Shown: positions 41,168 through 61,229 of the stretch, one piece after another
Layout: each line of letters begins with the position of its first letter
Numbering within the stretch: position 1 is the first letter of the stretch
Origin: the human T2T-CHM13v2.0 reference genome, Homo sapiens
NCBI RefSeq assembly: GCF_009914755.1
Contig: NC_060930.1
Length of the DNA: 64,000 nucleotides
Strand: one strand, 5' to 3'
Translations under genes and position numbers: made by a program
The notes under the pieces: model-generated
The model's input: only the letters and a program-made list of their open reading frames with translations
Database searches by the model: none
What the model was told of the DNA's origin: nothing

Positions 41168-42339
41168 ATTTCATCCTGATTTAATCTGGGAGAGTTGTAT
41201 ATTTGCAAGAATGTATCCATCTCCTCTAGATTTTTCTAATGGTCTATCAGTTGTATTTTTCCAAGATCCAGTTTTTGTTTCACTTGTCTTTTGTATTGTT
41301 TTGTTTGTTTTTTGGTTTCAATTTCATTTAGTTCTGCTCTGATCTCAGGAAGAAATAGAAACTCTGGAGAGACCAATAACAAACAGCAAGATTTAATCAA
41401 TAATAAAAATGTCAACAAATTCTGGTACAGATGGGCTCACATCTGAATTCTATCAGACATTCAAAGAAGAATTGGTACCAATCCTACTGAAACTATTCCA
41501 AAAGATAAAGAGGGAATCCTCCTGAAATCATTCTATGAAGCCAATATCACCCTATTACCAAAACCAGGAAGGGAAATAACAAAAAAAGAAAACTACAGAC
41601 CAATATCCCTGATGAAAATAGATGCAAAAATCCTCAACAAAATGCTAGCTAACAGAATCCAGCAGAATATCAAAAAGGTAATACATCATGATCAAGTGGG
41701 TTTCATACCAGAAATGCAGGAATGGTTTAATATACACAAGTCAATAAATGTGATACATCAGATAAACAGCATTAAAATCAAAAATCATATGATCATCTCA
41801 ATAGACACAGAAAAAGCATTTGACAAAATCCAGCATTCCTTTATGAGGAAAACCTTCAACAAAATTGGCATACAAGGGGCATACCTCAAAGTAATAAGAA
41901 TAATGTATGACAAATCCACAGCAAACATCATACTAATGAGGAAAAGTTAAAAGCTCTACCCCTGAAAACTTGAACAAGACAAAGATGCCCACTTTCACCA
42001 CTTCTATTCAACATAGGGCTGAAAGTCCTATCCAGAGCAATCAGACAAGAGAAGGAAATAAAGGACATCTAAACTGGAAGAGGAAGTCAAACTGTCATAA
42101 TTTGCTGATAATATGATTATATATTTAGAAAACCCTAAAGATTCATCCAAAAAGTTCCTATATCTGATTAGTGAATTAAATAATTATTTGGAAGTCTCAG
42201 GATACAAAATCAATGTACACAAATCAGTAGCACTGCTAGACACCAACAACAACCAAGCTAAGATTTAAATCAAGAACTTAATCCCTTTTACAACAGCTGC
42301 AAAAAATAAATAAAATACTTAGGAATGCACTTAACCAAG
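41168..42339 (+). mobile_element. 5'-inverted L1PB-like ORF2 fragment lacking its 3' end
   Basis: 41168-41345 antisense, 41346-42339 sense ([10 protein letters not shown]...[10 protein letters not shown] motifs); abrupt join to a different L1 at ~42339. Confidence 0.85.
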
Positions 42340-46790
<4,451 letters not shown>

Positions 46791-46809
46791 AATAATTTGC
46801 ATTTTTTCT

Positions 46810-47125
46810 AAATTTTTCCTCTGTCTATAAATATTCAAATGCCCTCCCTTTAAATTCAGATTTTTTTATGCTGCTTGATTAAATCTGATGTTGATGCTCT
46901 CTATTCCATGGTTTTAAATTTTATTCATTGAATTCTTTAACTCCAGAAATTCTGTTTGCATCTTTTTATGATTTCTATCTTTTTCTTGAACTCCTCATTT
47001 TGATCAGGTAGAATTTTTCTGATATCATTATCTGTCTGTGTTCTATTGTGGCTCACTGAACTTCTTTAAAACAATTATTTTGAACTATTTGTCACACAAA
47101 TTGTAGATCTCCATTTCTGTCCAAT
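46810..47125 (-). mobile_element. Old L1M ORF1-region fragment
   Basis: 'ttttattcattgaattctttaactccagaaatt...gctcactgaacttctttaaaacaattattttgaa'. Confidence 0.7.
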
Positions 47126-47574
47126 GTTGGAACATTTCTAACATATATATGTTTAAAATTAATTAAAAATTAATAAAATTTAACTATCTTTTATAATTTT
47201 TATTCGTGGATTCAAATGTTTTTCGTATCATAAATAAAAATGCATTAAAAAATGAGATACTTGTCTAAAGGCAAAAATTCCCACGTTTATGCAAGATATT
47301 TCTCAAATTTCTTTAGCATTTTGAGTGGAATACAAGAGTGGAAAATATTTCTTATAAAGTAAAAATATCAATGTCTGATAATAATTAAGAATGTACTTAC
47401 TCATTAACTTCTACCACCTAATCAATTTTACATATTTCATTGCTGTTGCATACATTTCAGATTATGTAGGACCTTCAAGTAAAATCTTTATATTTTAACC
47501 AAGTAAATAAGAAGCACATGGAAAATTATCTGTCTTAAATTTTGGAAAATTATTTCCTTATGCAAAAACAATCA

Positions 47575-48695
47575 CAAGACTAGTTGGTAGCTATTGCAAT
47601 AATCCAGGCAAGCGGTAATGGTAACATATACCACAATAGATTTCAGATATATTTAACAGGTAGAGAAGAAAGTGTGTTTTAGGGTACCAGAAAAAGAAAA
47701 AAAGACAAATATAACACTAAGATTTCTGGCAAAAGCAACTGCTAGATATAAGTTGTGTATAGTGGTGTAATCAGCACATAGCAGTTTTTGAAGCACTATA
47801 AAAATAATAGGTCAGGAAGATGAAAGAACAATAGAGAATGGAAAAAAAAGTAGCCAGAGAGATAAGAAATAAACAAAGAGAGTGTATCCTGGAACCCAAG
47901 TAAAGAAAGATGTGATCAACTGAGTCAAATGGTGCTGATAAGTAATCTAAGTACTGATAAATGATTACTAGATTTGGTAACATGGAGGAAATTGATAAAC
48001 TTGACATGAGCAGTTTTAGTGGAATGGTTGAGATGAAATCCTAAGAGAAGTTGGTTCAAAAGAGAATAAGAGGAGAGTAAGTGGAGACAACAAGTACAGG
48101 CAACTCTTCAGAGTGGTTTTAATTTAAACTGGACCTAAGAAGGGAGACAAGTACACGGAGTGAAACATGAAATCAAAGAAGACATGTGGTTTGTTTAGGT
48201 TGTTGTTACTATGACTTGTAAATATGTCACTGGAAATAATCCAGCAGAGTAGGAAAAATTAAAGATGAGAGGAGAGAAGGGAGAGCTGTAGGAGCTGTAT
48301 AGGCAAGAGCAGACTGGCACCAGTGCACAGAAAAGGGGTGAGCCATAGATGAGAACCTAGCTCATTCATAGTGAAAAGACTCAAGGCAGAATTTGGGAAT
48401 ACATATGTATGTAAATGCATGTAGTTTTAGAGATAGAAGATGGAAATTCTTTTCTTTCTTTTGTTTTTTCCGTAAAATAATAAGCTATTAACTGAGAGTA
48501 AATAGGGAGAAGCAGAGTTGGAGATTTGAGGAGAAAGAGAAAGGGATGAACAAATTCTCTAGAATAGTAGTAAGAGGATTGATTAGGAAAAAGGATATGT
48601 GGGCAGCATTAAGGATGTTTTCATATTTAGTCATGAATTCAGGGGAGTCCAGCTGCATGAAATAGGTGTATTTCCCAGTCTTGTTCAGCTGTTTG
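47575..48695 (-). mobile_element. L2 remnant
   Basis: 'gctattgcaataatccaggcaag', 'gatcaactgagtcaaatggtgctgataag', 'gagcagttttagtggaatggt'. Confidence 0.8.
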
Positions 48696-48699
48696 TGTG

Positions 48700-48972
48700 A
48701 CGGCACAGAGAATGCGATGTGGAGATACAGACAGAGACTGTAATGTTGCATCTATGAACAATGGAACATCAAAAATTGCCAGGCATCACCAGAAGCTAGA
48801 AGAAAGGCATAAAACATGTTCTCATTTAGAGTCCTCAGAAGGAATCAATACAATTTACCTCTTGATATTGAACTTCTAGTTTCCAGAACAGAATTGTGAG
48901 AAAATAAGTTTCTGTTGTTTTAAACCACTCTGCTTGTAATACTTTGTTAAGACAGATCTAAGAAATTAATTA
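48700..48972 (+). mobile_element. MLT1C/D-like LTR 3' part
   Basis: 'caccagaagctagaagaaaggca', 'tgtgagaaaataagtttctgttgttttaaaccac'. Confidence 0.8.
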
Positions 48973-49013
48973 GGTGGTAAATGCTGAAGTCAGTGAATTC
49001 ATCATTAATTTAG

Positions 49014-49592
<579 letters not shown>

Positions 49593-50952
49593 TGCTTTGT
49601 ATCTTTAAATATGTTCTCTATAATAGGCCAAGCATTTCCTTTCATGACTTTTGAAAATCCAAATAATTCAATTAATAAAAATTATGAACATGCCTTTACA
49701 CAAGAGCATTAAACATATGTATGACATTACCAATGCAATTTGTGTTATTGAAATAAAGTTACTGAAGCTAATAATCTAACAGAGATGAAAAATTTGTATT
49801 AACACCACATAATTCTAAATGTTACTCTAGCATTCAGAGTGCAAATTCTAATTAACATCCTGAGTCTGCTACAAAACCATTGGCTCATAAAATTCAGATA
49901 TAAACTTCATCTTGCTAATAATTAATGCAATAAATTCTCAGTAGCAGGATGTGTAAATTTAGGCTGCTTCATACCCCATTTTTCTACAAATATATTAACA
50001 CAAAGTCAACATATGTGAAAGCCTCACTTAGCTGATAATTTTTATGTTACAAATACTCATTTAAAAGTTATAAATATGGTCCTTTTATCTAAAACTTGAC
50101 TTTGATGATCCAGTTCCATATTTAATAATCATAAAATTAAAATGAAGGCAAATTATTGTTTATACAATGAAAAGAACCTATCTTCTTACATGTTCTAATG
50201 GCTATCTTTCAGTAAGTACTACTTTCAGTTTATAAATTTTAATATTTTTTTTTCTACAGGGCTTGACACCTAATTATCTTTTTAAGAGTCTGACACTATA
50301 TTTTTTTTAAAAAAAATTAGTCAGTGAACTTTAATTTCATCATCTGGTTTTACCAAAAGATGACAAAAGTATCTTTGACTTCAATTATAACAAAGTATAC
50401 AATAATAGTAACAAAATCTTTATGTGAAGTGTATATTTGATAACTTAATATAGTAATATTCAAAACAAGACATTTCTATCCAACTTCTATTAAAAGGAAT
50501 TTTATGAGCATTGAGGGGAAAAATATTAATTTTGAAGATTATTAAAATGAAGAGCAGCCCCTGAGCACTCCAAACTAATGACCAGTTGAAATTACTCCCC
50601 TAGCTGAACTCAGTAAATGAGTGTAACTGCAAACTAAATTTGCTACTTCCTTTGATCAAGTTCTTACTGAATAATTTGCCTTGAACAATTTCTCTGTATA
50701 TAATCAACACAAGAAACACTGTTCTGAAAATTCATCTACATCCTCTATATTATAATCCTGTAAAAGATATAGCAAGGGGTTAGACAAACACTTTGCATTA
50801 ATACATAAGTTATCAGGAGAGAGCAAACCTCGTCCTCAGGAAACAAAAGAGAGTTCATATTCTTTGGCTTAAATGGAGAGCGAAAGTTTAAAGGATTTTA
50901 GATGACTTGTGAAGATTCTTTTCAACTCGATAATAATCTCCCAATAGTTATT

Positions 50953-51251
<299 letters not shown>

Positions 51252-52189
51252 CCAATAATTACTACGTACAATCTCAAATAAAAGAGAGAATGCTATATTA
51301 TTTAATGACTCATTGAAACTAAAATTTGAGCACTTAAGCTTACATATGTAGGAAGTATGCCAAGCTTCAAAAAACAATGTAATTAAATACCTGTTTATGC
51401 AAATAACCCTTTCTCTCTTGGAGAGACCACTTTATTCAACCAGGGCTTCAATCAGAATTTCTCCTCTTATCAAGACAACCAAACTGGCATTTGCCAAAAT
51501 GCTACAGAGTCAGTAAATACAAACTTAATTTTTTCCTTATTTGTTACCTTATCTCATTTCTGTACTGTACTAACTAGCAAATATGCAGTATTAGAAAATA
51601 GAAAGATTGAGTTATTTCTTTAATAACTTGTAAAATAAGATCTTTGTCTCCAGGACAGAAATACATCACTTCCATGACACAAGCCTAGTACAATTTGAAG
51701 CTATCAAACCATCAAACCCAGTTTTGAGAATCTGCTATGTTCTACTCTGTTTTTGGCCCCAAATGATTTAAAAGCAAAATGACTTGGCCCCCAAATGATT
51801 TAAAAGCATATGTGCAAATTACCAAAGATATTCCATGACTTTCCGCGGCAATTTAATCAAACTTCAATTGACAAGGATATTTACTATTCCAAATTTAGAT
51901 TTTCTTGTATTTATTTCCTGAACTGAGAAATTTTATTTGTATATTCAATTAATCCTTGTACAAACTATGTTGAAAGTTTAGTATAGAAATGACATATGGA
52001 AATAGTAGAAATTTTAAATTCCATAAAGTTTACTTGTAACACATCTTGGAAACCATTTACTGAGCTCACCATGCTCTACTGAACCATATCATCATTGAAA
52101 TTTGGTAGAATTAAGGTTTAGAATTTGAATTAGAAAGTTGATATTTTAAGCCAATAAAACATAGCTATAGAAAGTTAAACTAAAAAAAA

Positions 52190-52625
52190 TTCAAATGACC
52201 TATTGTACGACATAGTGAATGTAGCTAATAACAATATATCATATGCTTGAAAGCTGCTGAGAGATTTTAAGCACTCACCACACACAAAAAAATGATGTCT
52301 GAGGTAATGTATATGTTAATTAGCTTGATTTAGCCACTCCACAATGTATACATATTTCAAAACATCTAATAAGTATGCAAAATTTAATCAACCTACAATT
52401 GACAAGGATATTAACTATTCTACATTTATATTTTCTTGTATTTTTCTCCCTTAACTGAGAGATTTTATTTGTATATTTAATGAATCCATGTACAAACAAA
52501 TGATACTGGGGCAAAGTCATTTTACTTTTAAATCATCTGGGGCCAAAGAAGGTAGAAAACATCATATTCTCATGTACATGTTAAGTACATACAATTTAAA
52601 ACTTTTATTTACTATTAAAATTAAC
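52190..52625 (+). mobile_element. L1MA-like 3' end interrupted by a locally templated insert
   Basis: 'cctattgtacgacatagtga...ttagcttgatttagccactccacaatgtatacatatttcaaaacatc'. Confidence 0.8.
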
Positions 52626-52630
52626 TTTTA

Positions 52631-52964
<334 letters not shown>

Positions 52965-53257
52965 TCAATATAAACCTCTATTTCGTGAAAAAACAAAGCT
53001 TATACGCTTTTAGCTATATGACTACCTGGAGCTTGTATCTATATTGAAATTAATTAATAAAGATATTCTGTTAACTAATAACTTTTAAAAATATTTACCC
53101 ATTGAATATATCACATCTGATACTTCAAAGAGTGTTCCTTTTGCACTGAATGGTTGTGAAGTAACCAAACTAGAGAGAGCCTGATGAGTGTTCCAAGGAA
53201 AGTATATTAATAGCCAGGACAAAGAAGTAAATAAATTGAAAAGAAAATAAACTTTGA

Positions 53258-53684
<427 letters not shown>

Positions 53685-55458
53685 TAGAGAGGGAAGGAAA
53701 GTAGGGGAGAGAGGGAAGATAGAAGGAGCAATGAAGGAAGAAAGCTGAAATATTTGGGAATACTTAATTATTAAAGCCTAAGAACATTATCTTGGGCAGG
53801 GCTGGCATTCAGAAGGAGTTTCTCATACCCTTTTCTGTGTACAAGTCCCAAGGCCTTGAGGTGACCTAAAGGATAAATGGTACTAGAAATATAATTTGCA
53901 AAAAAAAAGCTCAGGACCAGACAGATTCACAGCTGAATTCTACCAGAGGTCCAAAGAAGACCTGTTAGCACTCCTGCTGAAACTATTCCAAAAAGATGAG
54001 GAGTAGGGATTCTTTCCAAGCTCATTATATGAAGCCAACATCATCCTGATGCCAAAACCTGGCAGAGACCAACAAACAACAAAAAACTTTGGGCCAATAT
54101 CCTTGATGTACATAGGTGCAAAAATCCTCAACAAACTGCTGGCAAACTGGATCCAGCAGCACATCAAAAAGCTTATCTCCACAATCAACTAGAGTTTATC
54201 CCTGAGATGCAAGGTTGGCTCAACATACACAAATCAATAAAGGTGATTCATCATGTAAATGGAACTAAAGACGAAAACCACATGATTATCTCAAAAGATG
54301 CAGAAAAGCCTTTCAATAAAATTCAACACTGCTTTACGTTAAAAATTTTCAATACACTAGGTATTGAAGGAACATACCACAAAATAATAAGAGCCATTTA
54401 TGACAAATCCACAGCCAGCATCACACTGAAGGAGCAAAAGCTGGAAGCATTCCTCTTGAAAACTGGCAAAAGACAAGGATGACACTCCTATTCAATATGT
54501 TAATAGTATTGGAAGTTCTGGCCAGGGCAACAGGCAAGATAAAAAGATAAATGGCATCCAAATAGGAAGAATGAAAGTCAAACTATCTGTGTTTGCAGAT
54601 GACATGATTCTATATCTAGAAAGCCCCATAATCTCTGCCCAACAGCTTTTTAAGTTGATAAACACCTTCAGCAAAGTCTCAGAATACAAAATCAGTATAT
54701 AAAAATCACTAGCACTCCTATATACCAACAGCAGTCAAGCTGAGAACCAAATCAAGAAAACAATCTCCTTCACAATTAGCATATAAAACAAAATATCTAG
54801 AAATACAGTGAAACAGGGAGGTGAAAGATCTCTACAAGGAGAACTACAGAATATTCTTAAAGAAGTTAAAGATGACACAAACAAATGCAAAAACATTTCA
54901 TGCTCATGGATAGGAAGAATCAATATCATTAAAATGGCCATACTGGCCAAAGTAATTTATAGATTTAATGCTATACCTATTAATCTACCATTGATATTCT
55001 TCACAAAACTAGAGAAAACTATTTTAAAATTCATATGGAACAAAAAAAAAAAAAAAAGAGCCTAAATAGCAAAGGGAATCCTAAGCAAAAAGAACAAAGC
55101 TGGAGGCATCACACTACGTGACTTCAAAATATACTATAGGGATACAGTAACCAAAACAGCATGATACTGTTACAAAAACAGACATATAGACCAATGGAAC
55201 AGAAGAGAGAGCTCAGAAATAGGGGTGCACACCTATGACTATTTGATCTTTGACAAACCTGACTAAAACAAGCAATGGGGAAAGGATTTCCTATTCAATA
55301 AATGGTGCTGTGATAAAAGGCTAGCAATATGCAGAAGATTGAAATGACCCCTTCCTCACACCATATACAAAAATTAACTCAAGATGGATTAAAAACTTAA
55401 ATGTAAAACTCAAAACCATTAATATAAAAACCCTAAAAGAAAACCTAGGCAATACTAT

Positions 55459-56336
<878 letters not shown>

Positions 56337-57724
56337 CTATTCTGGACATAGGAATGAGCAAAGATTTCATGATGAAGAAACCAAAAACAATTGCAATGAA
56401 AACAAATTAGACAAATGGAACCTAATTAAACTAAAGGGCTTCTGCACAGCCAAGAAAACTATAACAAAGTAAACAGACAACCCATAGAATGGAAGAAAAG
56501 TTTTGCAAACTATGCATCTAACAAATGTCTAATATCTAGCATCTACAAGAAAAAAACAACCTCGACATGAGCAGACATTTTTCAAAAGAAGACATACATG
56601 TGACCAAGAAGCATATGACAATAAGCTCAACATCACTGATTATTAGAGAAATGCACATCAAAACCACAATGAGATACCATCTCACACCAATCAGAATGGC
56701 TATTCTTAAAAAGTCAAAAACCAACAGGTGCTGGCAAGGTAGTGGAGAAAAAGGAACTCTTATGCACTATTGGTGAGAGTGTAAATTAGCTTAAGCATTG
56801 TGGAATACAGTGTGGCAATTCCTCAAAGACCTAAGAACAGAAATACCATTTGACCCCACAATCCAATTACTTGGCATATACTCAAAGAAATATAAATCAT
56901 TCTATTATAAAGATAGACGCATATCTTTGTTCACTGAAGCACTATTCACAATAGCAAAGACATAAAATCAACCTAAATGCCCATTAATGGTAGACTGAAT
57001 AAAGAAAATGTGGTACATATATACCATGGAATACTACATAGCCATAAAAAAGAACAAGATCTTGTCCTTTGCAGGAACATGGACGGAGATGGAGGGCATT
57101 ATCCTTAGCAAACTAACACAGGAACAGAAAACCAAATGCCACATGTTCTCACTTACAAGTGGGAGCTAAATGATGAGAACACATGGACACATAGAGGGGA
57201 ACAACAGATACTGGGGCCTATCAAATGATGAAAGGTGAGGGGAGGGAGAGGATCAGGAAAAATAACTAATGGGTACTAGCTTCATACCTAGGTGATGAAA
57301 TAATCTGTACAACAAACCCCCATGACACATGTTTACATATATAACAAACCTTCACATGTACCCCTGAACTTAAAAGTTAAATTCAAAAAAAGAAATATAA
57401 TATGGAGGATTTAAGGCAGGCATAAGTCACTAGACATGAACAGATGATCATCTCTATTGATCCACAATACCAAAATGACACAGAGCTCTGTAAGTAAAGT
57501 AGCCTTTACTTCTGGTTCTGATAACTGTTTTCTTTGCCTAAGGATAACCAAACTATATAATATAAGTGATAAACTAAATTATAAGTTGAAGAAACATACA
57601 GCAGAAGACTTTGGAAAATGAGACCCACTAAGAAAGTTTTGCAATAATAGAAGATTTGTAAGTCTTTTAAGGAAGACTCAATACCAAGGAGATGGTATCT
57701 TTAAGACAAACACCAGAGGCCAGA

Positions 57725-58010
57725 GGCCAGGTGCAGTGACTCGGGTCTATAATCCCAGCACTTTGGGAGGGCAGGGTAGAATCACTTAACGCCAGGAGTT
57801 TGAGACCAGTCTGGGCAACACAGTGAGACCTTATCACTACAAAAAATATTTCAAAAAAAATTAGTCAGGTATAATGGCTCAAGCCTGTAATTCTACCTAC
57901 TCAGGAGGCTGAAGCAGGAGGATCACTTGAGCCTAGGAGTTTGAGTTACAGTGAACTATGATAATGCCACTGTACTCCAGCCTAGGTGACAGACTGAGTC
58001 CCTAAGGAAA
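57725..58010 (+). mobile_element. AluJ (Jo-like)
   Basis: 'ggaggatcacttgagcctaggagtttgag...cagtgaactatgat'. Confidence 0.9.
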
Positions 58011-58378
58011 AACTAAAGGATAAACATGCTCTGATTCTTAAGTAAAAATGAAGGCTTGAGTGACAAATTTTAAGGGTCATTTAAAAAGAGACCTCAAACA
58101 GCATTCTTTCTGGCCAAAAAAAAAAAAAAAAAAAAAACTTAAAAATCTGTATCATTTTGGCATTTGTTCATTTGTTTTCATCTCTAGGAATAAAATCTGG
58201 ACTATTGACTCTAACTTCAGTTAGACTTTTGGTTTTGTATGTCTTAAAGATTGCTCTGTTGGCTCTTTATATCTTAGCTTTCCTGCACAATTTTATCTCT
58301 ACTTTCTTCATGTTTTTTATCCCACTAATTGTCTTGGCTGAGAACTTTCCAGTTCAATTCTCAGGCTTAAGGAATTTT

Positions 58379-58670
<292 letters not shown>

Positions 58671-58977
58671 TCTCAGGCTTAAGGAATTTTAACTTCAGTT
58701 GGTCTGGTCCCAGCCCCTGACAAAAGGAAAAATACATAAGATATTTTTTTAAAATACATTTTAGAGGAGGCAACATGAGGGACAAATACGTTTTGGAAGA
58801 AGAGAATTCAACAAGGGATTCCATATTCACCTACGCAGCTATCAGTAAAGTGATCATATATCTTATCATCTAGACCATGATACTTTAGAGAATTTAAAAC
58901 ATCACTAACTAGACAGACTGCCAGAAAGGATATATCAGCTGAAACTTCTGGGACAAAGTTGAGCATATGGTGGTCAC

Positions 58978-60278
58978 TATGATGGTTAATTTTACATGTC
59001 AACTGAGCTGAGGAATGCAAAGACAGCTGGTGAAACATTATTTCTGGGTGTGTCTGTGGGGAATGAAAGTCAGAAACATAAATGTTAGAGCCCCAAATAA
59101 GTTCTTAATGTTGGAAGTAAAAATTAGTGTGACTGTCAAGTAGAAGAAAAGTTTACCTAATTTCAACAAGAGATCAAAATTAACATTTATGGAGACAAGG
59201 GATAAGGGGAACCTCCATCTCCCATGCATTTTTAATAATGTAATGATATCATGTGGTTGTTTTTGATCAAAATTAAGTTTCACTTTGAGATTTGTTTTGT
59301 GGAAAAAAATTAAAAACAGAACCATTTTAATAAAATTTGAAACACTTCACTTCTAAGGAGTGTTAGAATTCAGGTTTTAGATTTAGCTAAATGTCAAGAG
59401 CAAACTCAAAAGCAGTCTACTGATATTATAGAATTAGCAGGAATGGCAGGAGGCTTCAATCACAAGAACTCAGTTCCTCTCTTATTGTAGCTTTGTTATC
59501 AGGAATTATCACTGACATAGCAATTTTTCTATGTTACTTCAACATCTGGCTTACAGGAAACATCATGGTTTGTCTTTCTTGCCAGTAGACACAACCTATC
59601 AGGAATTTAAAACTAATGAGGGATAAATTTTAAAATATCGCAAGGGTCTTTCCTTCCTCAATAATGCTTCTCACCACTTCTAAAATCAAATTTTCATTTA
59701 TGTTTTATGGTATAAAATATAATGAATTGATGTGAGACATGGTTATTCTGTTATAGAATATGTTTTCATAATGTATCAGCTATGGTTGAATCCAAGGTGT
59801 CAAAGATCTATTTTTCTCAATTGACTCTGATTATATCCTTGGGATTTTTTACATTTCTCTTAACTTAGTCCCTAATCTTTGCACAATTTGAAGTCAAGAA
59901 GGTCACCGTCAATGATGCGGGCAGTCGTTCTCCAAACCCTTGGAGGCATAAATAGAACAAAAAGTTTTAGGAAGGGTGAATTTGTTCTCCTAGACCTGGA
60001 ACATTCTTCTTCTTTTGCCCTCAGGCATGATTGCCCCTGGTTCTCAGGCCTTTGCACTCAGACCAGGATTTATACCACTTGTTTTTCTGGTGCTCGGGTC
60101 TTCAGAGTTGGGTTGAATTACGCTATGGGTTTTCCTTGTCTCCAGCTTTCAGAAGACAGATGTAGGACTACTTGGACCCCATAATCACATGGAGCCAAAT
60201 CTTGTAAAAAATTTTCCTACCTCTACATACATATATGTCACATTGGCTCTATTTCTCTGAAGACTCTTGACTAATACA
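58978..60278 (+). mobile_element. MLT2 (B/D-like) solo LTR split into 58978-59060 and ~59890-60278 by an ~830-bp insert
   Basis: 5' 'tgatggttaatttt...aaacattatttctgggtgtgtctgtg', 3' 'aatagaacaaaaag...tgactaataca'; perfect 5-bp TSD GTCAC at 58973-58977 and 60279-60283. Confidence 0.9.
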
Positions 60279-61180
60279 GTCACCCTAGCTAAAAATGAAT
60301 GTGGCATTACCCCAGTGATTCTAGAAACAAAAACTAAGGTTGGGAAGGGGAGCTGCAAAGAAACTCATTGGCATTGCCAATCAGGACATGGCTTTACACA
60401 TAGTTTGATATGGTGTTTTGTATTAAACCTTCCTTGGTGTCTTGGTCTTCAAACACACAGTTGCCCAAAGAATAGGCCCAAGTCAAGATAAATGTAAGAA
60501 ATTCCAAGGATGTAATCAGAGTCACTTGAGAAAAATAGATCTTTGACAACTTGAATTTAGCCATAGTTGATACATTATAAAAACACATTCTATAACAGAA
60601 TAACCATGTCTCAAATCAATTCATTATATTTTGTACAATAAAAAATAAATGAAAATTTGATTTTAGAAGTTTTGGAAAGCATTATTCAGGAAGAGAAGAT
60701 CCTTGTGATATTTAAAAATTTCTCCTTCACTAGTTTTAAATTCCTGATAGGTTGTATCTATGGGCAAGAAAGACAAACCATGATGTTTCCTGTAAGCCAG
60801 ATGCTGAAGTAATATAGGAAACTTGATATGTCAGTGACAATTCCTGACAATAAAACTACAATAATGAGAAGAACTGAGTTCTTATGATTGAAGCCTCCTG
60901 CCATTCCTGCTAATTCTATAATATCAGTAGACTGCTTTTCGAGTTTGCTCTTGACATTTAGCTAATCTAAAACCTGAATTCTAACACTCCTTAGAAGTAA
61001 AGCACTTCAAATTTTCTTAAAATGGCTTTGTTTTTACATTTTTTCCACAAAACACGTCTCACAATGAAAATTTTCATCAAGACAACCACATGATATCGTT
61101 ACATTAGTAAAAATGCATGGGAGATGGAGGTTCTCTTTATCCCTCATCTCCATCTCCATAATGTAAATTTGATGTCTTGT
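59166..61180. repeat. Long inverted repeat: arms 59166-59881 and 60466-61180, spacer ~584 bp
   Basis: Manual reverse-complement alignment is colinear over ~715 bp at roughly 85-90% identity. Confidence 0.97.
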
Positions 61181-61229
61181 CTAAAGACTTAGAATCTTCA
61201 TTAACCATTCTCTTGTCTTTATCCTTTTT

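Noticed and set aside
59166-61180. Inverted repeat as DNA-transposon terminal repeats
   Set aside because: No TSD seen outside the arms and no transposase remnant; the left arm interrupts an LTR whose remainder and right TSD lie in the spacer
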